Of a DNA stretch of 64,000 nt, positions 1 through 16,117 are shown one piece after another. The notes below the pieces were generated by a model, which was not told the DNA's origin, searched no databases, and saw only the letters and a list, made by a program, of their open reading frames with translations. The first letter of the stretch is position 1, and every line of letters begins with the position of its first letter. Location of the stretch: positions 86,118,001 through 86,182,000 of the forward strand of contig OZ024742.1 of NCBI GenBank assembly GCA_964016885.1. Direction: 5' to 3'. The translations under genes and the position numbers were made by a program. This DNA comes from Eledone cirrhosa (taxonomy: Eukaryota).

Positions 1-385
1 TTGCTGAAAACAGAGCAGTATTGTTTCTGCAGTATCTCACCCATGGTTTTAGCATTGTCTTGAAGAGTGCCATTTTCATCAATTAGAGGGCCAACAGTAG
101 AGCCAGTGATTTTGTGTTTTTTTTGCAAATGAAAAGAACACTTTGGGATTGAGTTTGATCTTCTCAATGGCCCAGGCCTCTTCAGCTCTTCTCTGATTGT
201 TGATGAGGGACATTATGTTGTTTTGGAGGTTATGTTTTTTAATCTCTAGTGATGAAATGGCAGTCAAGTTGATGTGTTGCTGCTGACAGTATTTCAGCTT
301 ATTGATTTTTTTGTTCGTTCTCTTAATTTTTCTGATGAGCGTTTTTCTATTTCTAGGGATTCTGCTCTTAGATTTGTTTATAGTT
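1..385 (-). mobile_element. CR1/L2-like LINE ORF2 fragment (APE-RT linker), decayed
   Basis: Minus frames read AIEKIKLNPKVFFSFAKK...GPL...MGEILQKQYCSVF, the typical CR1-group linker. Frameshifted; runs off the window. Confidence 0.7.
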
Positions 386-414
386 CTTAATGGGGTGTGT
401 TTAACACATATGTT

Positions 415-709
<295 letters not shown>

Positions 710-1539
710 TGGAATTACAGAATCTAACAACGTGAGCTCGCCGTAAATACTTTTCTTTCAGTAAATGACCACTTTGCACCTTACATTGAACGTCCTTAAT
801 TAGTTGTCCTCCCGCTTGCAGTACCGCATACTATCAATATACATATATATATATATTCTCACTAAATATCGCAGTGAAAACATAAATAATCAAATGTTTC
901 ATATATTTGAATTGGTCATGTAAGGCAAATATCTTAACGTAGCCATGTGCATTTTGTTCTCCTCCGTTCTGTTGAATTCTGCAAAAGCTTTGAAGTATTA
1001 ATCTTTGGTTATCAACATTTCAAATCATTGTAAAATATTTCTGCTTCATCAAATATTGATGTTGTGGTTTATGCTTCAAACATAATACACACATTATTAT
1101 AATAGAGTAAACATAATGTCGAATGTACGAGATTTTTCGGTTCAGCTTTTGGGACAGGAAAAAACATGTTGCCACATTTAACGCATTTAAATTAGTTTTA
1201 ATGTAATTACTTTGCAATATTCGAAAATAATTCCCGTTTAGTTAGTAGTAATTCCATTAAAGTTGTTATGAGTAAGAGCAGGAAGCTCCGTTGCAATATA
1301 TATGGGGAAACTTCAGAACGTTCTCTTCTCAAGAGTAGATAAGGAACCAGAGGCCAACTTCAAGAACCGAAAAGGAACAATAATAAATCCAACAAAGAAC
1401 AAAGACAAGAGCACCACCAAATATGGAAAAAGCAGCTATATCGACAACATTTATACAGGATGACCAACTGCTGGAGCAACTGACACATATGCAGCAGTAG
1501 CAGCTGGAGAAAGAAAAACAAAACAAAATACGACAAAAT

Positions 1540-1727
1540 TATTGTTTCTACTTTTGGCACAAGGCCAGCAATATGCAGTGAATTACTGGTCTTTATTTAA
1601 TCGACCTCGTAGGGATGAAAGGCAAAGATAAACTTGGCGAGATTTGAACTCAGAATGGCAAAGGCCGTAACTCCATGTGTCAAAGCATGGTGTCCGATCC
1701 TCTACAGGAACTGCCAATCCACCGCCA
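1540..1727 (-). mobile_element. tRNA-derived SINE (octopod OK/OR-like)
   Basis: Reverse complement aligns with 60570-60755: B-box GAGTTCAAATC, core GCCTTTCATCC..GGTCGA, tail GGCCTTGTGCC..AAGTAGAAACAAT. Confidence 0.85.
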
Positions 1728-1810
1728 AAACACCACATGAATTATATTATAATTCATAATCTATAACGACGGATGTGTAATACCAACGAGGATCTGACTC
1801 CCTCTCTCTC

Positions 1811-1925
<115 letters not shown>

Positions 1926-2302
1926 GCTGGGTGTGTGTATGTGTGTATGTGTGTATGTGTGTATATCCTCATAATAGTATTTATACGTATATATAATAAC
2001 TATATACAATTATAAATACGAAAGGCTAGTATGTTGTACTACACGATTACCAGTAAGGAAAATAGCACAATGCAAATTATCAGATGTATTAAAGAACAGT
2101 AATACAAATACATCTGATATAAAATTAATAAATAAATAAATAATAAATAATAATTTATAAATAATAATTTATAATAATTCATAAATAATAATTTATAATT
2201 TATACATAACAATGTATAATAATTTATAAATAATAATTCATAATAACTTTTAATAAATAACAATTTATAAGAGATATTTGTTTCTACTTTGAGTATTATC
2301 AT

Positions 2303-2304
<2 letters not shown>

Positions 2305-2342
<38 letters not shown>

Positions 2343-2343
2343 C

Positions 2344-2405
<62 letters not shown>

Positions 2406-2460
2406 CAGTAATGGCAGTAGTAGTAATAGTAGAAGTAGTACTAGTAATAGTAGTAGTAGT
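2305..2460. repeat. (AGT)n microsatellite
   Basis: Direct reading; it produces the spurious poly-S/T/L ORFs. Confidence 0.95.
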
Positions 2461-2601
2461 ATTTGTATTAGTACTAGTTGTAGCATGACTAACAATACAA
2501 GAGAATACATAGTCGCACACACGTACACGCAAGCACACACATAAACCATATACATACATACATACATGCATACATACATACATACATACATATATATATA
2601 T

Positions 2602-2920
2602 AAAATAAGAAATTAAAAGATGATTAAAGAAGTTCTATATATTTCATTATGCGCATTTCGAAACAACATCATCCTGGGACAAGAATAGTGTTCTCATAAG
2701 GTAAAATAAGGTAACATGATATGAGGCCTAAAAACACTTGTCAACAGGAAAGTGCAAAACCTACATATTGCACTTGCCTGTTGATAAGTGTTTTTATGCC
2801 TCATACCTTATTTTATCTGATGAGAACACAATTGTTGTCCCAGGATGATGTTGTTTTCGAAATGCGCATAATAAAATATATGGAGCTTCTTCAACCATCT
2901 TTTAATTTCTTCTTGAATAT
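2602..2920. repeat. Imperfect ~320 bp palindrome of a HHR-bearing PLE-type terminus
   Basis: Arms centred near 2762 (aagtgcaa..ttgcactt). Both arms carry the HHR; the left copy has a mutated core (CUUAUGA). Confidence 0.85.
2810..2877 (+). ncRNA. Type I hammerhead ribozyme
   Basis: AUUUUAU-CUGAUGA-GAAC..GUUUUC-GAAA-UGCGCA-UA|AUAAAAU. 7-bp stem I, palindromic stem III. Confidence 0.85.
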
Positions 2921-3001
2921 ATACTCCAGTTCTACCAACTGCTGAGTGCTACTTATCTGAATTATGCATAGTTTTATTGTTCTACAACAGTACTCACCTT
3001 C

Positions 3002-3078
<77 letters not shown>

Positions 3079-3196
3079 AGTACTCATCTTTTTCCATTTC
3101 TCCGAGGGTTCTTAACCCCACCATCAGGCTAAATAATTTCTTTAATTTCTTTAGTCAAAATCCGGCAATAGCTTATATTTCTAATATATATATATA

Positions 3197-3510
3197 TATT
3201 AGTTTTGCGAGATTTTTTATATGAAAAGATGACGTAGACCTACAATATAACATGAGGAAACATAGTAGAATCACTGACGATGTTGCAGATGTGCAACGAA
3301 AGAACTGTGTTAGACTATATATATGTGTTTGTGTCTATATTAGATTTCTGTATATTTGACCGTTGGTCAATCAATGGTAACATTGAGGACCGAATACATT
3401 AAATTAACTGATATAAAAGATACAGAAGCGAAAACCAACCAAAGAGTGAGAGTGTTCTGTTATTAATTCTGGCAATATTATTACACAAATATGACCCTCC
3501 CCAAGTATAT
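3197..3510 (+). mobile_element. PLE-type 3' terminal segment with minimal HHR (core 3274-3301); second copy 8430-8745
   Basis: CUGACGA-U-GUUGCA-gaug-UGCAAC-GAAA. Ends ATGACCCTCCCCAAGTATA then TA. Stems I/III weak and the triplet is CUG here. Confidence 0.6.
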
Positions 3511-3777
3511 ATATATATTAGTATAATAATAGTCATTAACCAAATGCCCTATGTAGACAGTGAGGTGTTTAGTGGGACACAGTATCTACTGAACACACAC
3601 ACATTTAAATATAGGTAATTATATATATAATTGTATATATATAGTATATCATTATATATTATATATATCATTGCATATAATTATATATATAATTGTATAT
3701 ATATACATTATGAAGAGAGAAGAAACATTTAGATATAATAAGTAATAAAATGTATCATACCTAAACTGCTCCTAGAT

Positions 3778-3867
3778 TCCTCGACTACGTAGTTTCGTGG
3801 CATAAACAAAAACAATACGTCATGAAGATATAGAGTCCCTGCGAGGTCTGCCGACTTATCAAGAGGA
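3778..3867 (-). ncRNA. Type I hammerhead, U3-A8 variant, long stem II loop
   Basis: UCCUC-UUGAUAA-GUCGGCA..(~45 nt)..UGCCAC-GAAA-CUACGUAG-UC|GAGGA. Confidence 0.85.
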
Positions 3868-4369
3868 TACCTCATTTTACTAGTCTCAAGAACGCGTCTA
3901 GACGACGTGAGAAAGAATCCCAAAAGGCGGAGGGGGAGATAGTCACGCGATATAACGGTCGGGAAACAGAGCTAAGCCTCTTATAACCCCGAAGAAAATA
4001 CCACAGAGGCGGAGGGGTATTTATATCAAAGCCGTAGAAGAGGTGGTGAAGGGGGAGAGAAGTATGAGTAATGGCAGCTTTCCAGCAGTCACCACACTTC
4101 AAAGATTACTCAACCAGAGGGAGTTATTAACAATATATTTAGAAACACACAGATACATGCGGACACACACATATACATGAATGCATCCACACCAAACCGT
4201 GAGTTAAGGGTGCCAACCTCACCGATGTTGCTCAATGAATGACTGGGACAGACCAATCCGGTTGAACACGACTGAACCAGTATCAGAGTTAAAAATACAT
4301 TATGAAGAGAGAAGAAACATTTAGATATAATAAGTAATAAAATGTATCATACCTAAACTGCTCCTAGAT

Positions 4370-4459
4370 TCCTCGACTACGTAGTTTCGTGGCATAAACA
4401 AAAACAATACATCATAAAGATATAGAGTCCCTGCGCGGTCTGCCGACTTATCAAGAGGA
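4370..4459 (-). ncRNA. Type I hammerhead, U3-A8 variant (copy 2)
   Basis: Core and stems identical to 3778-3867; differences fall in the stem II loop. Confidence 0.85.
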
Positions 4460-4824
4460 TACCTCATTTTACTAGTCTCAAGAACGCGTCTACACGACGT
4501 GAGAAAGAATCCCAAAAGGCGGAGGGGGAGATAGTCACGCGATATAACGGTCGAGAAACAGAGCTAAGCCTCTTATAACCCCGAAGAAAATACCACAGAG
4601 GCGGAGGGGGTATTTATATCGAAGCCGTAGAAGGAGTGGTGAAGGGGGCGAGAAGTATGAGTAATGGCAGCTTTCCAGCAGCCACCACACTTCAAAGATT
4701 ACTCAACCAGTCCCAGTGATTCATTGAGCAACATCGGTGAGGTTGGCACCCTTAAATCACGGTTGGGTGTGGATGCATTCATGTATATGTGTGTGTCCGC
4801 ATGTATCTGTGTGTTTCTAAATAT

Positions 4825-4861
<37 letters not shown>

Positions 4862-4872
4862 TTACAGATTAA

Positions 4873-4923
4873 AGTTTAAGCAAAGAATTGCTGCTTTCAC
4901 CCTTAACGGGATCTTCTGAAACT
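4873..4923 (-). ncRNA. Hammerhead-like motif with U4A core (CAGAAGA); mirror copy 7566-7616 (+)
   Basis: AGUUU-CAGAAGA-U-CCC-guuaa-GGG-U-GAAA-GCAG-caauucu-UUGC-UU|AAACU. All three stems pair. Confidence 0.7.
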
Positions 4924-5710
4924 AACAAAGTCAATCTGTAAACGCAGAGCTGGATATTTCGAAAAACGTTGCAACCGGAGGAAGACAGGAAGACGATACT
5001 TTGGTTCGTGGAAACGTTCGCTGGCAAAGAACGGGAAAAAACGAATAATATGTCATTAATAGGAGCGGTGAAAAACAATTACGCGCAAAGACAGAACCAC
5101 GTTTATGGTATAAAAGAGGTCGTAGACTAATGTTCTCTTAGGTGGTGCATAGAGACATTCTCTGGCAATGAACGAAAAAACGAAGATAATAAGTCATATG
5201 TGGAGCGTGGAGAACAATAGCACGCAAAGACAGAACCACGTAAATGGTATAGCAGAAGTCGTAGACTAAAATTCTAACTAGGAGACCAAATGAATCTCTG
5301 CCACAGAGTTAAGAACAAGGTGAATAAATACAATACAGAAGTAATAGAAATAAATAAATACATACACGCAAACAAATACGTACATACACAAGAATACGCA
5401 AAACCTTACCATAAGTATACAAAACCACGCACATATAAATATGTGTGTGTATGCTTTGTACAAATAAATAAATAATTATATAAACGTATATAAGTAAATA
5501 AATACGTATATAACAAGCGCGCACACATACCTACATATAAATACACGAATGTTCGGAGACGTAAGTCAACTAAAACAAGAAGTACACATATACACACACC
5601 CAACATACGTACGAACCTGCATACTCACGCAGATACAAAACTCCCGTTTACACATAGCCAAACCCTAAATACCAGAATATAAAAATTATACGCCATAACA
5701 ATCAAATGGG

Positions 5711-6637
5711 TTGTATTACCCGTATAGAAAGCCGAATGATACGCTTAATTACATAAGTAAGCATTCCAACCATCCTTCCAGCATAACCAAGAACCTGGTA
5801 AGAAACGTTTCGTTGAGGCTTTCCCGTCTTTCCACCAACGAGCGCATTTTCAACGACCATTCCACTTATTACTATGAAGCTCTTGCTCAAAGTGGATTTG
5901 TCGATAAGGTAGCATATACAGAGTACGAAAATAGATCTAGAAGAAATAGATCCCGTCGCATTTGTTGGTTTAACCCACCATATAATATGGAGGTGGCCAC
6001 ACCATTAGCTAAGAACTTTATTTCCCTTATTACGAAGCATTTTCCCCCTACACATAAACATAGTAAAATTTTTAATAGAAACAATATTAAAATGTCTTAC
6101 TCAACGACTCCTAACCTTGCACATAACATCACAGCTTCAAATTTAGCTAAAATACCTAGCCGTAGGAACACGTGCAACCCTGTAGTTAGTACTAACTGTA
6201 ATTGTAGGAATCGGGCTGATTGTCCCCTATCCGGGAAATGCCTCTCTAGTAACATTGTCTACAAATGTAAGGTTGTAACACCCACGTCCCGTAGGGCCTA
6301 CATAGGGTTAACAGCCAATAGTTTCAAGCAGCGTCTTTACATGCATACCCATTCTTTTCGTTAACTTCTAAGAAGGAATATGACGTCACTTTCAGCTTAT
6401 ATCTGGAGTCTAAAAGACAACCACACCCAATATAAGTTACACTGGGAGATCCTAGCTAGGGCTAGATCGTATAACGGAAATAAAAGACCATGTGACCTCT
6501 GCGCCGCTGAGGCCCTGGAAATACTCTACGCCACAGACCACATCTTAAACAAAAAATCTGAGGCAATTTCGGCTTGTAAACATAAATTGCACAAAACTTT
6601 CCTGTATTACAGCCCCACGTTATACCCTAACGGATAG
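5711..6637 (+). pseudogene. PLE RT C-terminus plus GIY-YIG endonuclease (one in-frame TAA at 6362-6364)
   Basis: YRKPN..YI..SNHP, WFNPP, CNCRNRADCPLSGKC, NIVYKC..YIGLT..FKQR..H, CDLC..E..LNK. Confidence 0.92.
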
Positions 6638-7722
6638 TACGATCTATACGTGGATATTTTACGTCTTGATGTGGGAGCTAAGTATATGTTTTGTTTATTC
6701 CTTTACTTATCTGCATAGGTAAGTATATATTACCCGTATGTTTTGTGAAGGTATGTATACCTTCTCGTACGTATATTTGATTGTTATGGCGTATAATTTT
6801 TATATTCTGGTATTTAGGGTTTGGCTATGTGTATACGGGAGTTTTGCGTCTGCGTGAGTATGCAGGTTCGTACGTATGGTGGGTGTGTGTATATGTGTAC
6901 TTCTTGTTTTAGTTGACTTACGTCTCCGAACATTCGTGTATTTATATGTAGGTATGTGTGTGCGCTTGTTATATACGTATTTATTTACTTATATACGTTT
7001 ATATAATTATTTATTTATTTGTACACAAGCATACTCACACACACACATATTTATATGTGCGTGGTTTTGTATACCTATGGTAAGGTTTTGCGTATGCTTC
7101 TGTATGTACGTATTTGTTTGCGTGTATGTATTTATTTATTTCTATTACTTCTGTATTATATTTATTTACTTTGTTCTTAACTCTGTAGCGGAGATTCATT
7201 TGGCCTCCTAGTTAGAATTTTAGTCTACGACTTCTGCTATGCCATTTACGTGGTTTTGTCTTTGCGTGCTATTGTTCTCCACGTTCCACATATGACTTAT
7301 TATCTTCGTTTTTTCGTTCATTGCCAGAGAACGTGTCTATGCACCAACTAAGAGAACATTAGTCTACGACCTCTTTTATACCATAAACGTGGTTCTGTCT
7401 TTGCGCGTAATTGTTTTTCACCGCTCCTATTAATGACGTATTATTCGTTTTTTCCCGTTCTTTGCCAGCCAACGTTACCACGAACCAAAGTATCGTCTTC
7501 CTGTCTTCCTCCGGTTGCAACGTTTTTTGAAATATCCAGTTCTGCGTTTAAAGATTGACTTTGTTAGTTTCAGAAGATCCCGTTAAGGGTGAAAGCAGCG
7601 ATTCTTTGCTTACACTTTAATCTGTTATTTAATAAATATTTGCTCTACGGTTCTTATATATTTGATATATATTTATCCTTATCGAGCCCTCTTTGGATTT
7701 TAGTCTTCAATGTTATTATTAT

Positions 7723-10303
<2,581 letters not shown>

Positions 10304-10450
10304 AACGGCTTTGATATATCAGCGTAAACCAAAACCATTTTATCAAATGTTAAATACTACAAATAAAAATAAATAAAAATAATTAAAAGTTAAAAATTTA
10401 AACTTAAAGGTTGAAAACGTATGTTCATCCTACTTGTTTCGAAGACTGGG

Positions 10451-10552
<102 letters not shown>

Positions 10553-10555
10553 GAT

Positions 10556-10587
<32 letters not shown>

Positions 10588-11829
10588 GTATGTAGTCATA
10601 GTAGTAGTAGTAGCAGTAGTGTTGGTAGTTGTGTCTTTTCACAGAACAAATTTATTTCTAGGAATACTCTCAATTGTGTTAAAGGATTGGTCAATAGTTC
10701 AGTCATGGGTGGCGAAGGGTGGAAATGTTAGATAGAGACAATTACTATAGGAGAGAGAGTTCAATGAGAAAATTAATGCACCACCTATATTGCAAATTTA
10801 CATAACCAATAACACTCTAAAATATCTAAGAAATTAGCTATTCTCAATCATTAATTTATTTTCTGGTATACGATGTTTACTTACAAATAATTAGTTGCAA
10901 AGTTCTCATGTTCTATTTCTGCATCCGTTGTTTCTATTGATGTTAGAACACAATAGGTAGCATACTACTGCCTCAGAGCTTATTCTACATATATGCATTA
11001 ATACACTGAACGTCTCATTGAATTTCTACTCGTATATTTGGGTCATTCGGTGGTAAGATGTGTGGCATTATTTTTCGTACGAAGAGAGAAAATAATTGAT
11101 TGAATATTCGTTCCTTATAAGGAATGTGACTTAAACTTGTATATAATACATAATAATAATATCATTATTGCATATAATATTCCATCTAATAGTTATACAC
11201 AGCTTTGAACAATTTCCTTTTTTGAAGAATGTAAATTAGGTTACTGTGTAGAATCTTTCACCGAAATATTGTAAAATAAATTAATTCTGTGCATAAATAA
11301 TATAGCAAGCATAGAATGTTGCTAGAGTACCTCAAAATAAGTTTTAGTCATATTTATTGCTCATCAAATCCGGATTGACTAAGCACAGTCATGCCATCAC
11401 CGTGAGAATGAGGCATATTCTTAAAATGAAAGAAAAGTGCTTTTGTATCATATTAACCGTCTAGAAACTACAAAAGATTTCGTTTCTTTAATGCAAAATA
11501 ATGAATTTAAGCTAAGCGAATCGTCAATTACAAAGAGAATAAAATGTGAGGACATAACGAGACGTACATATTTAAGCCTGAGAGCAACTCTTATAATATC
11601 GCGTCTCAAAGATTAACCACTTACAATACAGATTATTTTGTACAAAAAGGTATCACTTTTTGTACAAAAAAATATATATATATATATAAATGAATAACAC
11701 CACTTATAATTCATGGAATATAAAAAATAAACATCATTAAATCTCATTTGATAAAACAATTTATCAAACGATATATCTGAATCTAAAAACGAGCATATTA
11801 GGGAGTGATACATATATATATATATATAT

Positions 11830-12100
11830 AAAAGGAATTCCAAATTTGTCTGATTAACTCGTTTTATTTACATTTCTTTCAAATTATAATGATATTATAA
11901 TGAAATAGTAAAATTTTCGACTGTCGAAATTTGCAAACTTGACTGTCACCACCGAATATGAACCTGAAGATTGCGAAAGCATGAAAGTACATGTTCAGTT
12001 AACATTTAATATTCTACCATACTATTTCATTATAATATCATTATAATTTTAAAGGATTGTAAATAAAACGAGTTAATCAGACAAAGTTGGAATTCCTTTT
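11830..12100. repeat. Inverted repeat (11830-11910 / 12021-12100) enclosing a HHR
   Basis: aaaaggaattccaa..gaaatagt versus actatttc..ttggaattcctttt. Confidence 0.85.
11959..11997 (+). ncRNA. Minimal type I hammerhead, U16.1 mutated
   Basis: UGAAC-CUGAAGA-U-UGC-gaaa-GCA-U-GAAA-GUAC-AU|GUUCA. Confidence 0.7.
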
Positions 12101-12178
12101 ATTAAAATAATCTTCTATAGAGAATCATACACACCCGTTTATTTACACACCCGTTTATTTACACACACACGCACACAC

Positions 12179-12214
<36 letters not shown>

Positions 12215-12229
12215 TTTTTTTTTTTGTAG

Positions 12230-12519
12230 CAAAAATAAAAAGATAATGGTCAAGAAAAAAGGGATGGGGAGAATTGTTCTGATTCAGTGACTATGGCAGA
12301 TGTGCTGAGGTGTCAAAATTCAGACTTTCTATTGAAATAAGGAAAGTAGAGATATGTATTTTTATTTGAGTGCTGGTGTGTGTGTGTGTGTTGGTATAAG
12401 AAGATGATTCTATTAGTAGAAATAGGGGAGGGAGTTATTTGTGTGTGTGTGTATGGGTGTATATGTATGTGTGTATGTGTGGGAATATGATTAGCATCTT
12501 AAGTTGGAGAGAATATCTA

Positions 12520-12556
<37 letters not shown>

Positions 12557-13560
12557 AAATGATTCCGTTAGTAGAAATGGGGGAGGCAGTTATGTATGTT
12601 GAGTGAGAGGGTGGGCTGCTTAGCATGTTATGGTGTTAGAGTATTAACGTATGTTAAGGTTTATTAAGCTCTGGTTTTTATTTTCGAATATAGGTGTTAT
12701 GTGTGTGTATGTGTGTATATGTATTTTTCTGTATGTATGCTTAGCATGTTATGGTGTTAACATAATGTATAGTAAACTATATTAAGTGCTGGTCTATATT
12801 TTTGAATAAACATATTTTCCTTATTTATTCGTATTTGTTCTGTTGTATTGTCAGCGCAAAGATAACATGGGAAGACTTGGAATTTGGGTGTTATATCACT
12901 TGCGCATATGTCTAGATGTGCACTGAGTGGTATCTGTCTCGTGGTTGGGTCTCGTAATTGTTGGCGATGAATTGTCATTCTGTTTCTGAGTGTGAGTTTA
13001 GTTTGTCCTATATAATCTTCATTGCATCCTTTACATTTAATGGCATGAAGTAATATTTTGGTGAGCAAGTCAAACGATTTTTTACAACAAAATTTTGTCC
13101 TGATTGAAATATATACATGTTGCTTTCAATGAGGTGAGTGCCGGTTCCACAATTAGAGCGACCAATTTTTTCTGACAGTTGGTTGTGGGTTTGTGGTAGG
13201 TAATTTGGCATTGGTGAGTAATGATTTTAGTGATTTCGGTTGTCTTTCGCTTTTGATTATTTTGTCTGTTTCAAGGGCTTTTTTTCATTTTGGGGTATTG
13301 TTTGAATAGTGGGATGTTCTTGTGAATAATGTTGTATGCTTCCGCATTTCTCAGTTTGGTTGTGTGTTGAGATATATTATAGAATATTGGACGTACCTTG
13401 AATTTGTTTCTGTTTTCGTAATTCACCAATGTCTATTGCTTTACCCCTTTCTATTCCAATGTTTATTAGTAATGCTGGGTACTGTCTTTCGAGCAGAATT
13501 TCCTTTAATTCTTAAACTCTTTTATTTCTTTACAGCCATCATTAATTATTTTACACGCAA
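12230..13560 (-). mobile_element. Decayed PLE 3' part with CCHH-type GIY-YIG (12757-13068)
   Basis: IKCKGCNEDYIGQTKLTLRNRMTIH..PLSAH..KENMFIQKYRPALN. Frameshifted RT tail upstream; CA-rich 3' UTR. Confidence 0.85.
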
Positions 13561-14163
13561 GTCCGTAAAGTTTGCTGGTTCTGTATTCAAAATGTGTTAA
13601 CTAATCAAAATACGGTTTTAACTTCCCAAATACGGGCTCGAAATTTAATGTACTTGTTCACATGACAGTTATAATTTCGTTTATAACCCATCAAATTACA
13701 TTTATAAAAAAAAACATCTTGAGACACATTTTTAAGTAAAAAGAAATTCAAACACAAACTGGCGAGAAGGTTGATGCGTTTATTCACGTGACTGCATCAA
13801 CCAGCCAAATTTCACTCATATATGAAAAAACAATATGTTTAAAGGCAAATATGACATCAACTTTGTAACGTGAACTGGCACGAAATATATTATACTTATT
13901 CACATGATTGTCATCAACTAACCAAATTACTTTTCTAAAAACCTAGCATTTCGAGCCACCTTTTTCAATATAAAAGAGAAGTAACATTCGAACACCAACC
14001 AGATGCGAGAAAAACGAAAAACGCTCCATTTCACTTTGAAAAAGCACAAGAACTGCGAAACCGGTAAAGGAACCAAATAAATATCTTTAAAAAGACTCCA
14101 CTTGCATTTTCGATTTCAACTTTTTTCCTTATAATTTTACTCGTGTAGGACATCTCGATTTTT

Positions 14164-14242
14164 TTTCATTTTTCATTTTTCATTTTTCATTTTTCATTTT
14201 TCATTTTTCATTTTTCATTTTTCATTTTTCATTTTTCATTTT
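14164..14242. repeat. (TTTTCA)n hexamer tandem
   Basis: Direct reading. Confidence 0.95.
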
Positions 14243-15121
14243 ATAACAAAACCTCATTTTCTAATATGCATATATATACACACAGACACACCCGCCTCAC
14301 TCCAACTTTCACACCTACCCATCCTCGCCCCTTTACCATTCCACCCGACTGCTGCTATTCCCTCTGACCACCTCCCAGCACAAACAGACACACAGCACTC
14401 CCACCGCTTGACCACTTCCTGTTGCGCGCGCACCCCACATCTCTCCTCTTCCGACCATCTCTTCATGGAATACTCGTATGTGGAACTTGACCACCACGGA
14501 ATCTACTAAACATCATAGAAATTTACCAACATTTCAACCATCCTCTTACGGAATCACCTATATAACTCACCCACACACACACCCAAAAAATTTGTTTTCT
14601 CCCGCACGCCACCTACACCCACAACACGCTTAAACCCCACACACACGTGCTTTCCACCACATATTTACACCCTCAGCCTCCTGATTCCTCTCCCCCCACC
14701 CCTCTATCCACACATGCACAGACACTCCGACCTACAACCCCCCCCCCCCACACACACACACCTATTCCTGAACATGCAACCCCGTTCTTCCCTCAACCCT
14801 TACTTTTACACACACACACACGTACACCTACACACACACACCATCTTCAGACCTTCCCGCTCGGACACCCCGTCTCCCTCTCCCCACTCCGCCCGCCACC
14901 ACGCCTACACAACCCACACCCTTCCACCACCTGTTTTACCCCTTTTTAATTTCAGTTTCTTTTGATCATGCTTTTATATTTATTTTTATTTCATTCCTTT
15001 TATTTTGATCATGCTTTATTTTTATTTTTATTTTTAATTTCATTCGCACCGATTCCTTTCGCTATATGTCTCTCCACCACTCCCCTACACACCCTTTGAA
15101 CTCTGTTCCCACACACTTCTC

Positions 15122-15153
15122 ACCTGAGGAAGGGCTTATGCCCGAAACGTCGT
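15122..15153 (+). ncRNA. Minimal PLE-type hammerhead at the end of a CA-rich 3' UTR (14245-15245)
   Basis: AC-CUGAGGA-A-GGGC-uuau-GCCC-GAAA-CG-UC|GU. AATAAA at 15190. Confidence 0.75.
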
Positions 15154-15358
15154 TCCCCACCACCACCCCACTCTCCAGAGCGTGAAATTAATAAACATTC
15201 GTTGTACTGCCTCTCTGTTTTGTTCCTGTTCAATTTTTTCCATTATATATATATATATATATATATTCCCGACGACTTCTCCCGAATGAAACAGTTCCAG
15301 TCATGTAGAACCCTTTTCTATACTATACTATATATATATATATATATATATACATGCA

Positions 15359-15413
<55 letters not shown>

Positions 15414-15417
15414 CCCC

Positions 15418-15455
<38 letters not shown>

Positions 15456-15529
15456 ATACGTGTTGGATGCTTAAAGCGTCTGTATGCTGTAGGCCGTATG
15501 AGAACTCAATGCCCTCGTAGAGCAGAGTA

Positions 15530-15658
15530 TGATATCACAGAAAAAAAGAGAATCAGTGTTGCGACGAAAGGAATTTATTGGACTTATTACAATTGTTTAT
15601 TACAATTGTAATATGTCCAATAAATTCCTTTCGTCTCAACACTGGTTCTATTTTTTCT

Positions 15659-15665
<7 letters not shown>
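15530..15665. repeat. ~135 bp palindrome
   Basis: atcacagaaaaaa..gacgaaaggaatttattggac..tacaat / attgta..gtccaataaattcctttcgtc..ttttttctgtgat. Confidence 0.9.
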
Positions 15666-15711
<46 letters not shown>

Positions 15712-15900
15712 TACCCGAATTTCCCGCGCCTTGCTGCCTTTCAGACACATTTCTTTGGAAGAAAATGATGATTGATTTTAAATCAGTAATATAATTTATG
15801 GTCGGCTGACCATAGAAGTTGCTAAATGTTCGATCGCCCTCATGTCTCTGATTTTCAGCCCCATGGATTTTGTCTATTATAAACTTTTGTTATATTTAGA

Positions 15901-15958
15901 ATACCTGATGATGTCACCCGATTCATACTGAACTCGCTCATTGAAATGATCATAGTAT
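15901..15958 (+). ncRNA. Type I hammerhead
   Basis: AUAC-CUGAUGA-(weak stem II)-GAAA-UGAUCA-UA|GUAU, immediately followed by AAUAAA. Confidence 0.7.
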
Positions 15959-16070
15959 AATAAACCTTTTAAGCAATTACACCAGTCCAGCCTTCTGTTC
16001 TATTATAATATATATATATATATTAATGAAAAAGAACAAAGGAACTATTATGACATTACAACAAGTTTAT

Positions 16071-16117
16071 TGCCGACAGCCGTTTCGTCCGAACATATGG
16101 TGGGACTTTTCAAGGCA
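16071..16117 (-). ncRNA. Type I hammerhead, U3-A8 variant
   Basis: UGCC-UUGAAAA-GUCC..GGAC-GAAA-CGGCUG-UC|GGCA, then AAUAAA overlapping the end of stem I. Confidence 0.8.

Larger units (their letters stand above)
3703..4830 (-). mobile_element. ORF-less HHR element: direct repeat 3703-4117/4295-4709 plus inverted pair 4128-4249/4710-4830
   Basis: Near-identical ~415 bp copies and a reverse-complement ~120 bp pair. TA-rich flanks. Confidence 0.85.
4858..7720 (+). mobile_element. 5'-truncated Penelope-like element (Naiad-like) with ~850 bp inverted pLTR arms (4858-5707 / 6775-7630)
   Basis: Arms are near-identical reverse complements around an RT C-terminus/GIY-YIG frame. Bounded by (TA)n on both sides. 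AATAAA near 7630. Confidence 0.92.

Noticed and set aside
1330-1520. Possible R4/Dong remnant (IWKKQLYRQHL)
   Set aside because: Too short and degenerate to call.
6362-6364. Selenocysteine recoding in the Naiad-like ORF
   Set aside because: The in-frame stop is TAA, not TGA, and I saw no convincing SECIS in the UTR.
15492-15585. CGUAUGA..CUCAAUGC/GUGUUG(A/C)G..GAAA relic next to the palindrome
   Set aside because: Core and stem III too degenerate.
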